From contig VAYN01000005.1 of the NCBI GenBank assembly GCA_005885405.1, forward strand, positions 9,819-73,818: 64,000 bases of DNA, read 5' to 3'. The DNA comes from Actinomycetota bacterium (GTDB taxonomy: Bacteria > Actinomycetota > Thermoleophilia > Solirubrobacterales > 70-9). The notes beneath the pieces were generated by a model, which was not told the origin of the DNA, made no database searches, and was given only the letters and a program-made list of their open reading frames with translations. The translations under genes and the position numbers were made by a program. Within the stretch, counting starts at the first letter, position 1. The number at the start of each line of letters is the position of its first letter. This document shows, one piece after another, positions 49,226 through 59,822 of this stretch.

Positions 49226-50119
49226 CTACTCGATGCCGAGGCGGTCGAGCAGGTCTTCGTCGCGGCGCCAGTTGCGGCGGACGCGGACGGTCAGGTCGAG
49301 GTGGACCTGCGAGCCCAGCTCGCGCTCCAGCGAGCGCCGGGCGGCGGCTCCGATCTCGCCAATCTTCGCCCCGGCGCGGCCGATCAGGATCCCCTTCTGC
49401 GACTCGGTCTCGGCCCAGATCTCGGCCTTCACCGTGACTAACCCGTCCTCGCGCGGCTCGACCTCGAGCACCGAGACCTCAACCGAGTGCGGAATCTCTT
49501 GGCGGGTTCGGTTGAGGACCTGCTCGCGAATCAGCTCCGCCAGCAGCAGCTCGCTCGACTGGTCGCTGCTGTCCTCCGGCGGATACATGTACGGACCCTC
49601 GGGGATGAGTTCGGCGAGCCGATCAAGCAGCGGCGGTAATCCCTCGCCGGTACGGGCGCTGATCGGGAAGACTTCGTCGATCCCCGCCAGCTCGGCGGCC
49701 TCAGTCAGCACCGGCACCAGCTCGTTGGGGCCGAGCCGGTCGGCCTTATTGACGGCGCAGAGGACCGGCACCCCGGTCCCGGCCCCGAGCAGCGCCCGGA
49801 CGATGAAGCGGTCGCCGGGTCCCACCCCCTCCTCACCGTTGATCACGAGGAGGACGACGTCGGAGTCGGCGAGCTCGCGCTCGACCCGCCCCTGCATGCG
49901 CTTGGTGAGGACGTCACGCGGCCGCTGCACGCCCGGCAGGTCGACGAGCACCAGCTGTAGCTCCTTCTCGGTGTCGGTGGCGACGCCGCGGATCGCCCGG
50001 CGGGTCGTCTGCGGCCGGCTGGAGACGATCGCGACGTGGGACCCGACGAGGGAGTTGACAAGGGTCGACTTGCCGACGTTGGGGCGGCCGGCGAGGCCGA
50101 CGAAGCCGGAGCGGGTCAT
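49226..50119 (-). CDS. era: GTPase Era
   Basis: G1 GRPNVGKST, G3 DLPG, G4 NKAD, and a C-terminal KH domain. Confidence 0.93.
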   Translation of the reverse strand: MTRSGFVGLAGRPNVGKSTLVNSLVGSHVAIVSSRPQTTRRAIRGVATDTEKELQLVLVDLPGVQRPRDVLTKRMQGRVERELADSDVVLLVINGEEGVGPGDRFIVRALLGAGTGVPVLCAVNKADRLGPNELVPVLTEAAELAGIDEVFPISARTGEGLPPLLDRLAELIPEGPYMYPPEDSSDQSSELLLAELIREQVLNRTRQEIPHSVEVSVLEVEPREDGLVTVKAEIWAETESQKGILIGRAGAKIGEIGAAARRSLERELGSQVHLDLTVRVRRNWRRDEDLLDRLGIE

Positions 50120-50477
50120 CGCAGCCCCGCCAGAACGCGCGCCTGCAGCGTCAGCATCTCGCCCTCGTCGGTCTCGTGGTCGAAGCCGCAGAGGTGAAGG
50201 GCACCGTGGACCGCGGCCTCAGTCACGTCGGAGCAGTGCTCAGGGCAGATCGCGACGTCGCCGAGCTCGCGCGGCCCCGCCACCGGCCCCAGTTCGTCGA
50301 TCGGAAAGGCGAGGACGTCGGTCGGCGCGTCCACCCCGCGGTACAGGTTGTTGAGCTCCTGGATGCGATCGGGCGCGACGATCTCAACCCCGAGGTGGCC
50401 TTCTTCGACGCCGGCGGCCTCCAGCGCGGCGGCGACGGCGCTGCGGAGCTCGGCGGGGACGTCGGCGAGGTCGACGC

Positions 50478-50481
<4 letters not shown>
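50116..50481 (-). CDS. ybeY: rRNA maturation endoribonuclease YbeY
   Basis: Zinc motif HGALHLCGFDH. Confidence 0.9.
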
Positions 50482-51458
<977 letters not shown>

Positions 51459-51461
51459 AAC

Positions 51462-51893
51462 TCAGGCACCCAGCTTCTCTCGCACCGCGGCGCTAACCCG
51501 CTTGCCGTCGGCGCGGCCGCCGACCTTGGGCATCACCGCCGACATCACCTGGCCCATCTGCCGCTGCTCGGTCGCGCCCGTCTCCTCGACGGCGGCAGCC
51601 ACAATCTCTGCAAGCTCCTCGTCGGAGAGCTGCTGGGGCAGGTAGCCCTCGATCAGCTTCGCCTCGAAGCGCTCCGCCGCAGCCTGCTCGTCGCGGCCGG
51701 CCTTCTCGTAGGCCTCGGCTGCCTCGACCCGCTTCTTGCGCTCGCGCTGCAGAACGGCGACCTCGTCGCCTTTGCCGAACTTCGCGTCCTGCTGGAGAAC
51801 GTCGACGATCAGTCGCAGCGCGCCAGCGCGCTTGCGGTCGCGCGCTTTCATCGCCGTCTTGACGTCGTCTTGAACCTGATCGAGAACGGGCAT
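51462..51893 (-). CDS. GatB/YqeY domain protein
   Basis: 143 aa with the typical YqeY helical pattern (LRLI...EAKLIEGYLPQQLS...MGQVMSAVM). Confidence 0.85.
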   Translation of the reverse strand: MPVLDQVQDDVKTAMKARDRKRAGALRLIVDVLQQDAKFGKGDEVAVLQRERKKRVEAAEAYEKAGRDEQAAAERFEAKLIEGYLPQQLSDEELAEIVAAAVEETGATEQRQMGQVMSAVMPKVGGRADGKRVSAAVREKLGA

Positions 51894-51896
51894 CGC

Positions 51897-52298
51897 CTAA
51901 GGGTAAAGGGCGGCGTCGGGAGTGACGGCGAGGCCCTTGGAGACGAGGTCGTGGACATCGAGACTGACCAGTTGCCAGCCGTTGCGACGGGCGGCGGCTA
52001 CATAGGCGGCGTCATAGGCCGTGAGGCCGTATTCGGAGACCACTTTGACCACTTCCTCCCCCAACGCATGATCCATCCGGGCTAATTCATCCCCGCAGGT
52101 ACGGAGGACGGCTCGCGCGATTCTCTGCGCCTGCTCGGGTTGGCGGTACTGCCTTGCAACCGCGTTGACCACCTCGTAGAGGGTCAGGTCGAGCGCGGCA
52201 ACCGCCACCTCTCCGCGCACCAGTGGCGACGCCGTTTGATGGGAGGGGTGGGTCGAGATGCCTGCCGCCACCCAGACGCTCGCGTCGAGGAGGAGCAA
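51897..52298 (-). CDS. vapC: PIN-domain toxin (VapC-like)
   Basis: 133 aa with a TTG start. N-terminal LLLDASVW (first acidic PIN residue) and later TAYDAAYV. It lies immediately downstream of an RHH antitoxin gene. Confidence 0.8.
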   Translation of the reverse strand: MLLLDASVWVAAGISTHPSHQTASPLVRGEVAVAALDLTLYEVVNAVARQYRQPEQAQRIARAVLRTCGDELARMDHALGEEVVKVVSEYGLTAYDAAYVAAARRNGWQLVSLDVHDLVSKGLAVTPDAALYP

Positions 52299-52535
52299 CT
52301 AGTGAGATTCCCGGTCTTCCCGGATCAGCTGGACTACGTCCAACAGCTCGGGTTTGTCTGCCGGAACCTCGATCCGAACCTCGTCCCAGAGCCGGTTGAG
52401 CTCCTCCCGCCGACGCCGTTCGGAGGCCTCCACCTCGCGCTCGACGAGGTGTTGGAGGAAGCCACTGCGGCTCTCTCCCGCCTCTTTAGCGCGGAGGTCG
52501 AGGCGCTCCAGGAGCTTGTCGGGAATGGAGATCAT
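52299..52535 (-). CDS. vapB: ribbon-helix-helix (CopG/MetJ-type) antitoxin (VapB-like)
   Basis: MISIPDKLLERLDLRAKEAGESRSGFLQHLVERE is a classic RHH N-terminus. The start was trimmed to ATG 52535 from the 130-aa track ORF. Confidence 0.7.
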   Translation of the reverse strand: MISIPDKLLERLDLRAKEAGESRSGFLQHLVEREVEASERRRREELNRLWDEVRIEVPADKPELLDVVQLIREDRESH

Positions 52536-52553
52536 CACCTTGGCCACGGGGTG

Positions 52554-52580
52554 AGTATATACGGTATTGCCGGCGGTCAA
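52554..52580 (-). promoter_or_regulatory. candidate vapBC promoter (TTGACC-N15-TATACT) with an 8-bp palindrome GTATATAC over the -10
   Basis: Read on the minus strand, the hexamers are near consensus, and the -10 lies about 18 nt upstream of the proposed vapB ATG. Confidence 0.35.
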
Positions 52581-52665
52581 AACGGGCATGGGCAGATCGT
52601 GAGGGGTCGGGACGCACACGTGGCGCGCAGATCGGGTCAATTTCGCTCCGACTTCTGCGCAGGAC

Positions 52666-53478
52666 TCAGATTTCGACCCGCTCGACCTCACCGAGAGGCA
52701 TCTGCAGGAAGCGGGTGCCGATCGCGTGAAAGGACTCGCAGTCGCCGGTGCAGAGGAAGTCGTAGCGTCCCTCGCCGCGGGGCTCGCGGGCGAGGCCTGC
52801 GGCCTCGAGCGTGCGCTGGACGGCGGCAGCGACGGCGTGACCGCCGCTGACCAGACGGACGTCGCGGCCGAGGATCCGCTGCAGCATTGGCGCGACCAAG
52901 GGGTAGTGGGTGCAACCGAGGATCAGGGTGTCGACGTCGGCCTCCATCAGCGGGCGGCAGTAGGAGCGCGCCATCGTCATCGTCTCCTCGTCGAAGAGCG
53001 AGCCGTCCTGGATGAAGGGGGCGAGGTCGGGGGCGGCGACCTCGATCACGTCGAGACCGCGGCCGATCGCTTCGAGGGCGCGCCGGTAGGCACCGCTCTC
53101 GACCGTGTTCGGCGTCGCCAAGACCCCGACCCGGGCGTTGGCGGTGATTGCGGCGGCGATCTCCGCCTGCGGCTCAACCACCGGCACCACCTCTACCCCG
53201 CGCTCCGCCGCGACTTCCCGAGTCACGTCGGCGCCGACCGAAGTCGCGGTGTTGCAGGCGATCACCAGCAGCTTGGCGCCGCGGTCGAGCAACATCTCGG
53301 AAATTCGCCGGATCCGTGCCCGCAGCTCGTCGGGGTTCTTGTCCCCGTAGGGGAACATCGCGGTGTCGCCGAGGTAGACGAAGTCCTCCTGCGGCAGCGA
53401 AACCAGGCACTCGTGGAGGACCGTAAGGCCGCCGACGCCGGAGTCGAACATCGCGACCGGCAGCTCGGCGGAGATCAC
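52666..53478 (-). CDS. murI: glutamate racemase
   Basis: FDSGVGGLTV, ACNTA, GCTHYP motifs. Confidence 0.92.
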   Translation of the reverse strand: MISAELPVAMFDSGVGGLTVLHECLVSLPQEDFVYLGDTAMFPYGDKNPDELRARIRRISEMLLDRGAKLLVIACNTATSVGADVTREVAAERGVEVVPVVEPQAEIAAAITANARVGVLATPNTVESGAYRRALEAIGRGLDVIEVAAPDLAPFIQDGSLFDEETMTMARSYCRPLMEADVDTLILGCTHYPLVAPMLQRILGRDVRLVSGGHAVAAAVQRTLEAAGLAREPRGEGRYDFLCTGDCESFHAIGTRFLQMPLGEVERVEI

Positions 53479-53969
53479 ATGAACGGCTTGTACGACATGA
53501 AGAAGATCGCGATCACCACGATCAGGCCGGCGATCGGCCCGACCTTGGCCAGCCGCTGCGAAACCTCGTCGAACTCCTCACTCAGCGTGTCCCCCGCCTT
53601 CAGATCGCGTTCGGCCAGAGCCCGAGCCTTTGCGGTCTGCGGCCGGAAGAACCCGTGCTGAAGCCCGAACAAGGCGAGGATCGCAATGAAGCCCACCGTG
53701 ATGAACGCCTCGCTGCCGTCCCAGGCGTCATCGCTGGCGATCAGCAGGTAGATCCCGGCGAGGAGGACGACGACCATTCCCGGCGTAACCAAATAGCGGT
53801 CGATCTTCTGGATGCCAGCGATCACAGTCGGCGTAGCCCGCGGGTGGTCTGGCAGCACCGAGAAGAGGATCCCGTAACCGAAGGTAGGCCCAAAGGCCAG
53901 CACGACGGCAAGGATGTGCAGGAACAGCGCGATCTTGTAGTCGGCGCTGACAATCGAGGCAAGTGGCAT
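53475..53969 (-). CDS. small integral membrane protein (4 TM, DUF2269-like)
   Basis: 164 aa. The hydrophobicity pattern and the 4-nt overlap with murI support it as a real gene. Confidence 0.55.
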   Translation of the reverse strand: MPLASIVSADYKIALFLHILAVVLAFGPTFGYGILFSVLPDHPRATPTVIAGIQKIDRYLVTPGMVVVLLAGIYLLIASDDAWDGSEAFITVGFIAILALFGLQHGFFRPQTAKARALAERDLKAGDTLSEEFDEVSQRLAKVGPIAGLIVVIAIFFMSYKPFM

Positions 53970-53986
53970 GCGCGGAACCCTATATC

Positions 53987-54790
53987 TCAGCCCTGACGCA
54001 GCAACAGGGCGGCCCAGTCGCCGTCCTGGCGCCGGTCGGCCTCCTTCAACCCGACTCGAGCGTATGCGCCGGAGACCTGATTGATCTCTTGAGGAAGCAG
54101 ACCCGAGCAGACCAGCGTTTGCGGGACGTCCTTGAGAAGTTCGGCCACGGCCAGAAGGATCGGCGCGGTCATGTTCGCAACCACGGTCGGAGCCAGCGCG
54201 GGCAGCTGTTCCCGCAAATTGGCGCGCTCCAGATCGAGATCAACCTCGTTGGCCGCCGCATTGGCTGCGGCGGCTTCTATCGCCGCCGGCTCGTGGTCGT
54301 AGCCGCGAACCGGCCCCCAGCCGAGTTTCGACGCCGCGATGGCGAGGACGCCGGAGCCGGTGCCGAGATCCACCAGCTCTCCCCCCGGTTCCAGTTCGCA
54401 GAGGTATCCGAGGCAGAGGCGGGTGGTCGGGTGGGCTCCCGTGCCGAAGGCCTGGCCGGGGTCGACGACGATGTCGATCGTGCCCTCGCGTGGCGGCTCC
54501 CACGACGGGCGAAGCCAGAGGCGGTCGGCGACCAGAAGCGGCTTGTGGAAGTCGCGCCAGCGGTCGGCCCAGTCGTCGGGGATCTCGGTGGCGCTGACCT
54601 CGACCCGGCCGCCGGCGATCGTCGCGTCGAGGTCGCCCAGCTCCGGCAGCTCCCCCTCTCCGCCATAGATCGCGTACTCGACGTAGCCAGGTCCACGCTC
54701 CTCCTCGACCCCGTTTGGGGCCAACACCGTCAGCTCGGCGAGGACAAGATCGGCCTGCTCGGGGGCACAGCGGACCGCGAGACGGATCAA
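53987..54790 (-). CDS. prmA: ribosomal protein L11 methyltransferase
   Basis: SAM motif VDLGTGSGVLAIAASKLG and the PrmA N-terminal domain. Confidence 0.85.
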   Translation of the reverse strand: MIRLAVRCAPEQADLVLAELTVLAPNGVEEERGPGYVEYAIYGGEGELPELGDLDATIAGGRVEVSATEIPDDWADRWRDFHKPLLVADRLWLRPSWEPPREGTIDIVVDPGQAFGTGAHPTTRLCLGYLCELEPGGELVDLGTGSGVLAIAASKLGWGPVRGYDHEPAAIEAAAANAAANEVDLDLERANLREQLPALAPTVVANMTAPILLAVAELLKDVPQTLVCSGLLPQEINQVSGAYARVGLKEADRRQDGDWAALLLRQG

Positions 54791-54811
54791 GTGGTCCTCA
54801 CAACAGGAATC

Positions 54812-55930
54812 TCAACCGAACGCTCGCCGCAGTCGGCTGAAGAGCCCCTCGCCGTGGCGGGGGTTGAGGTTCTCCTCGCCGAGACTCTCGTCGAGGCGTT
54901 CGGCGATCTCGCGCTGGTCCTCGTCGAGGTTGGTCGGGACGAAGACCTCGAGGATCACCCGCTGGCTTCCCCTGCGGCTGCTGTTGAGGCGCGGCAGGCC
55001 AGCGCCGCGCAGGACCTTTTCGGTCCCCGGCTGCGTCCCCGGCTCGACCTCGACCTCCTGCTCACCGTCGAGCGTCGGCACCGTCGCCGTCGTCCCCAGC
55101 ATCGCCTCGGTCGCCGGGATCGAGACGACGCTGATCAAATCCGGGCCGTCGCGCTCGAAGCGCTCGTCCTCGGCCACCCGGACCTCGACGTAGAGGTCGC
55201 CCGCGGGGGCGCCTGACTCACCCGCGTGGCCGGCACCCGAAATCCGCATCCGCTGCCCGTCTTCGATCCCGGCTGGGATGTCGATCATGCTGGTCCGGCT
55301 CTGGCGCGTGCGGCCGCTGCCGCCGCAGACCTTGCACGGCGTCTCGGCGATTTTCCCGGCGCCGCCGCAGACGTCGCAGGCGGCGCTGCGGACCATCTGG
55401 CCGAAGGGCGTGCGGGTTACCTGGCGCAGCTCGCCGGCGCCGCCGCAGCGCTCGCAGGTGGTGATCGGCGTGCCCGGCTCGGCGCCGTTGCCGTGGCAGT
55501 TCTCGCAGGAGCCAACGACGTCGTAGGTGATCTCGCGACGGGTACCGGTCGCGACCTCGGCGAGCTCGACCTCGATTGAGACGCCAACGTCTCCGCCGCC
55601 CGCGCGACGTCCACCGCCGCCGAACCCGAAGCCGCCGCTCCCGCCGCCGAAGAACGCCTGGAGGATGTCGTCGATCGAGCCGAAGCCGGCGCCGGGGTCG
55701 AAGCCGCCGGAGCGCAGGCCCTCGTGGCCGTAGGCGTCATAGGTGCGGCGACGCTCGGCGTCGGAGAGGACCTCGTAGGCCTCCGCCGCCTCCTTGAACC
55801 GCTCCTCGGCGTCCGGCGCCTGGTTGACGTCGGGGTGCAGCTCCCGGGCGAGGCGGCGGAACGCTTTCTTGATCTCGGTTTCGCTGGCCTCCCGGGAGAC
55901 CCCGAGCACCTCGTAGTAGTCGCGTGCCAT
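54812..55930 (-). CDS. dnaJ: molecular chaperone DnaJ
   Basis: J domain (DYYEVLGV...HPD), G/F region, and four CxxCxGxG zinc-finger repeats. Confidence 0.95.
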   Translation of the reverse strand: MARDYYEVLGVSREASETEIKKAFRRLARELHPDVNQAPDAEERFKEAAEAYEVLSDAERRRTYDAYGHEGLRSGGFDPGAGFGSIDDILQAFFGGGSGGFGFGGGGRRAGGGDVGVSIEVELAEVATGTRREITYDVVGSCENCHGNGAEPGTPITTCERCGGAGELRQVTRTPFGQMVRSAACDVCGGAGKIAETPCKVCGGSGRTRQSRTSMIDIPAGIEDGQRMRISGAGHAGESGAPAGDLYVEVRVAEDERFERDGPDLISVVSIPATEAMLGTTATVPTLDGEQEVEVEPGTQPGTEKVLRGAGLPRLNSSRRGSQRVILEVFVPTNLDEDQREIAERLDESLGEENLNPRHGEGLFSRLRRAFG

Positions 55931-55933
55931 CGG

Positions 55934-56989
55934 CTAGTCGGAGTAGACGGACTCGAAGTAGCGGGATAGCTCGCGGGCGGCGTGGCGGACCGAAGCGATC
56001 GCAAGCGCGTAGTCCATCCGCAGCGGGCCGACGACTCCGACCGCGCCGAGGTTACGGTGGCCGAGCCCGTAGTTGGCCCCGACGACGCTGACCGTGCGCA
56101 GCTCCGGCTGCGGGTTCTCGCCGCCGATCCAGAAGAAGACGCTGCGCTCATCGAGCGAGGAGCGGAGCATGTCCAGCACGTCGGCGCGGCGCTCGAGCGC
56201 CGTCATCAGCCGATCGGCCCGGGGCAGGTCCGGCAGGTGGGCATCGGAGAGCAGGCGCGAGGTCCCCTCCAGGTACAGCTGGCCGCCGTCGTCGGCGACG
56301 AGGTCGGTGAAAGTGGCGCCGAGGGTGGCGACGAAGTCGGCCTCGACTCCGCTCAGCTCGGGGTCGCGGAGGCGGGTTTCGATCATCCGCGCGCCCACCC
56401 CAAGCCCGGAGAGCCTCTCGTTCAGATAGCTCGAAGCCCATTCGACGAGGCCGTTATCGACGGCGCGGTCGAAGGCGAAAACGCGGCGGGTGACGTCGCC
56501 GGTCGAGGCGATCGCGATTACGACCACCTCGTTCGGGCGCAAGCGCAGGACCTCGACCCGGTGGATCGTCGCCGTCAGGCTGGCCTGCGGCGCCGTCGCC
56601 ATCGCGACCAGGTCGGTGACCTGGGCCAGCGCGGTGGTGGTCTCCCGCATCGCCTCGTCAACCTCGCGTCGCAGCTGCGAGAGCTCAAGCTCGGGGCCGG
56701 GCTCGGCCGGGACGCGCCCGCTCGCCAGCATCGCGTCGACGTAGCGGCGGTAGCCGGTGTCGGTCGGGACGCGGCCGGCGGAGGTGTGCGGATGGGTGAG
56801 ATACCCGGCCGCCTCCAGCGCCGCCAGCTCGGAGCGCACGGTTGAGGGCCCCCACTCAACCCCAGGCCGCTCCGCCACCTCCTTAGAAGGCACAGGCCGC
56901 CCGCACTCGAGGTAGCCCTCGACGACCAGACGAAGGATGAGCTCTTGGCGCTCGCTCAGCATGCGAGCAATTCTAGGAGGGGCGCCCAA
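55934..56989 (-). CDS. hrcA: heat-inducible transcriptional repressor HrcA
   Basis: The N-terminal winged helix LSERQELILRLVVEGY is typical of HrcA. A TTG at 56989 is preceded by AGGAGG. The ATG at 56962 fits family N-termini better. Confidence 0.9.
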   Translation of the reverse strand: MGAPPRIARMLSERQELILRLVVEGYLECGRPVPSKEVAERPGVEWGPSTVRSELAALEAAGYLTHPHTSAGRVPTDTGYRRYVDAMLASGRVPAEPGPELELSQLRREVDEAMRETTTALAQVTDLVAMATAPQASLTATIHRVEVLRLRPNEVVVIAIASTGDVTRRVFAFDRAVDNGLVEWASSYLNERLSGLGVGARMIETRLRDPELSGVEADFVATLGATFTDLVADDGGQLYLEGTSRLLSDAHLPDLPRADRLMTALERRADVLDMLRSSLDERSVFFWIGGENPQPELRTVSVVGANYGLGHRNLGAVGVVGPLRMDYALAIASVRHAARELSRYFESVYSD

Positions 56990-56999
56990 CGCCCCTCCT
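56975..56999 (-). other. perfect 10-bp GC-rich hairpin between the MaoC stop and the hrcA start; it pairs an AGGAGG with CCTCCT
   Basis: Minus strand reads AGGAGGGGCG-TTGGG-CGCCCCTCCT, starting directly after the upstream TAG. The candidate TTG start lies in the loop. Confidence 0.6.
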
Positions 57000-57395
57000 C
57001 TACAGCTCGAGTTCGGCCTCAGCGTTCTTGATCAGCGCCGTCTCGCCCTGGGTGGCGACGGTATCGACGACGACGCGGCCGCCCTCAGCCGATTTGACCG
57101 TGCCAGTGACAACGATCTCCTGCTCGGGGACGCCCATCCCACGCATCTGCACCGAGAGGCGCTTCAGCGCCCGCGGGTCGCCGTCGGCGAGGGCCGCGTT
57201 GGCTTTCGCCACCAACCCCATCGAGTAGAGGCCGTGGAGGATGTTCCGCGGCAGCCCGACGGCTTTCGCGAACTCGTCGTCGATGTGGATCGGGTTGAAG
57301 TCACCCGAGGCGCCGGCGTAGCGGTGCGGCAGGTACTTGTCCGGGGTGACCCGCAGCTCCGGGATCTGGTCGCCTGCGTTCAAAGTCATCTTCAT
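57000..57395 (-). CDS. MaoC-like (R)-specific hydratase/dehydratase subunit (hot-dog fold)
   Basis: YAGASGDFNPIHIDDEFA hydratase motif. The start at 57395 overlaps the upstream stop (ATGA). The track ORF of 266 aa is an upstream extension. Confidence 0.8.
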   Translation of the reverse strand: MKMTLNAGDQIPELRVTPDKYLPHRYAGASGDFNPIHIDDEFAKAVGLPRNILHGLYSMGLVAKANAALADGDPRALKRLSVQMRGMGVPEQEIVVTGTVKSAEGGRVVVDTVATQGETALIKNAEAELEL

Positions 57396-57844
57396 ACCCC
57401 CCTGACGATCAGCGTCCAGGTGCCGCGGGCGACTTGGCCCCCGTCCTGGTTGACGCTGTTGGTCTCGAACACGTAGAAGCCCTTGCCGTCCTTCTCCTCG
57501 ATCGAGAGGCACTTGGTGGAAGTAGTGATCTCGTCGCCCGAGCAGGCGGGCTCGTCCCACTCGAAGGCCTGGCCGCCGTGCACCATCGCCGCGAAGTTGA
57601 GCTCGACCTCGGGGTCGAGGATCGCCGGCGCCACCGCCGGGCTGCTGTAGACGACGGCGAACATCGGCGGCGCGACGACGTCGCGGAAACCGGCGGCGCG
57701 GGCCGCCTCGACGTCGTGATGCACGGGGTTGTCGATCCCCAGCGCGTTCGCGTACTCCTTGATCTTCTCCCGGCCCACCTGGTAGGTGCTGCCGGGCCAT
57801 TCCTTGCCTACCGCATCGGTCTTGAGTGCCATGGCCGGGGACAA
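57392..57844 (-). CDS. MaoC-N/FAS1-like dehydratase subunit (HadA/HadB-type partner)
   Basis: 150-aa hot-dog fold protein, translationally coupled to the MaoC subunit. Confidence 0.75.
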   Translation of the reverse strand: MSPAMALKTDAVGKEWPGSTYQVGREKIKEYANALGIDNPVHHDVEAARAAGFRDVVAPPMFAVVYSSPAVAPAILDPEVELNFAAMVHGGQAFEWDEPACSGDEITTSTKCLSIEEKDGKGFYVFETNSVNQDGGQVARGTWTLIVRGV

Positions 57845-57875
57845 TACTGGCCGTCCGGCCAGGAAGGGAGCGCCG

Positions 57876-59669
<1,794 letters not shown>

Positions 59670-59720
59670 GGGCGGGGGATGAGTATGAGGGACGGGGGTG
59701 GTTGGCGCGCGGGTCCCGTC

Positions 59721-59801
59721 GGGGGGTCCGGGGGTCCATCTCCAGACACATCTCGCCTATGGCTCATGTTGAGTGTCTGGCGACGAACCCCCGGACCCCC
59801 C
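59721..59801. repeat. 81-nt nested palindrome in the intergenic region (15-bp outer arms, 8-bp inner arms)
   Basis: Outer arms are ggggggtccgggggt (59721..59735) and acccccggacccccc (59787..59801). Inner arms are ccagacac (59742..59749) and gtgtctgg (59773..59780). Confidence 0.75.
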
Positions 59802-59822
59802 GCCACCCGCGCGAGAGGCCGC

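Noticed and set aside
56940-57010. A CIRCE operator upstream of hrcA-dnaJ.
   Set aside because: No TTAGCACTC-N9-GAGTGCTAA-like sequence is present. The only nearby dyad (ttgctcgc-N7-gcgagcgc across the ATG) matches CIRCE poorly.
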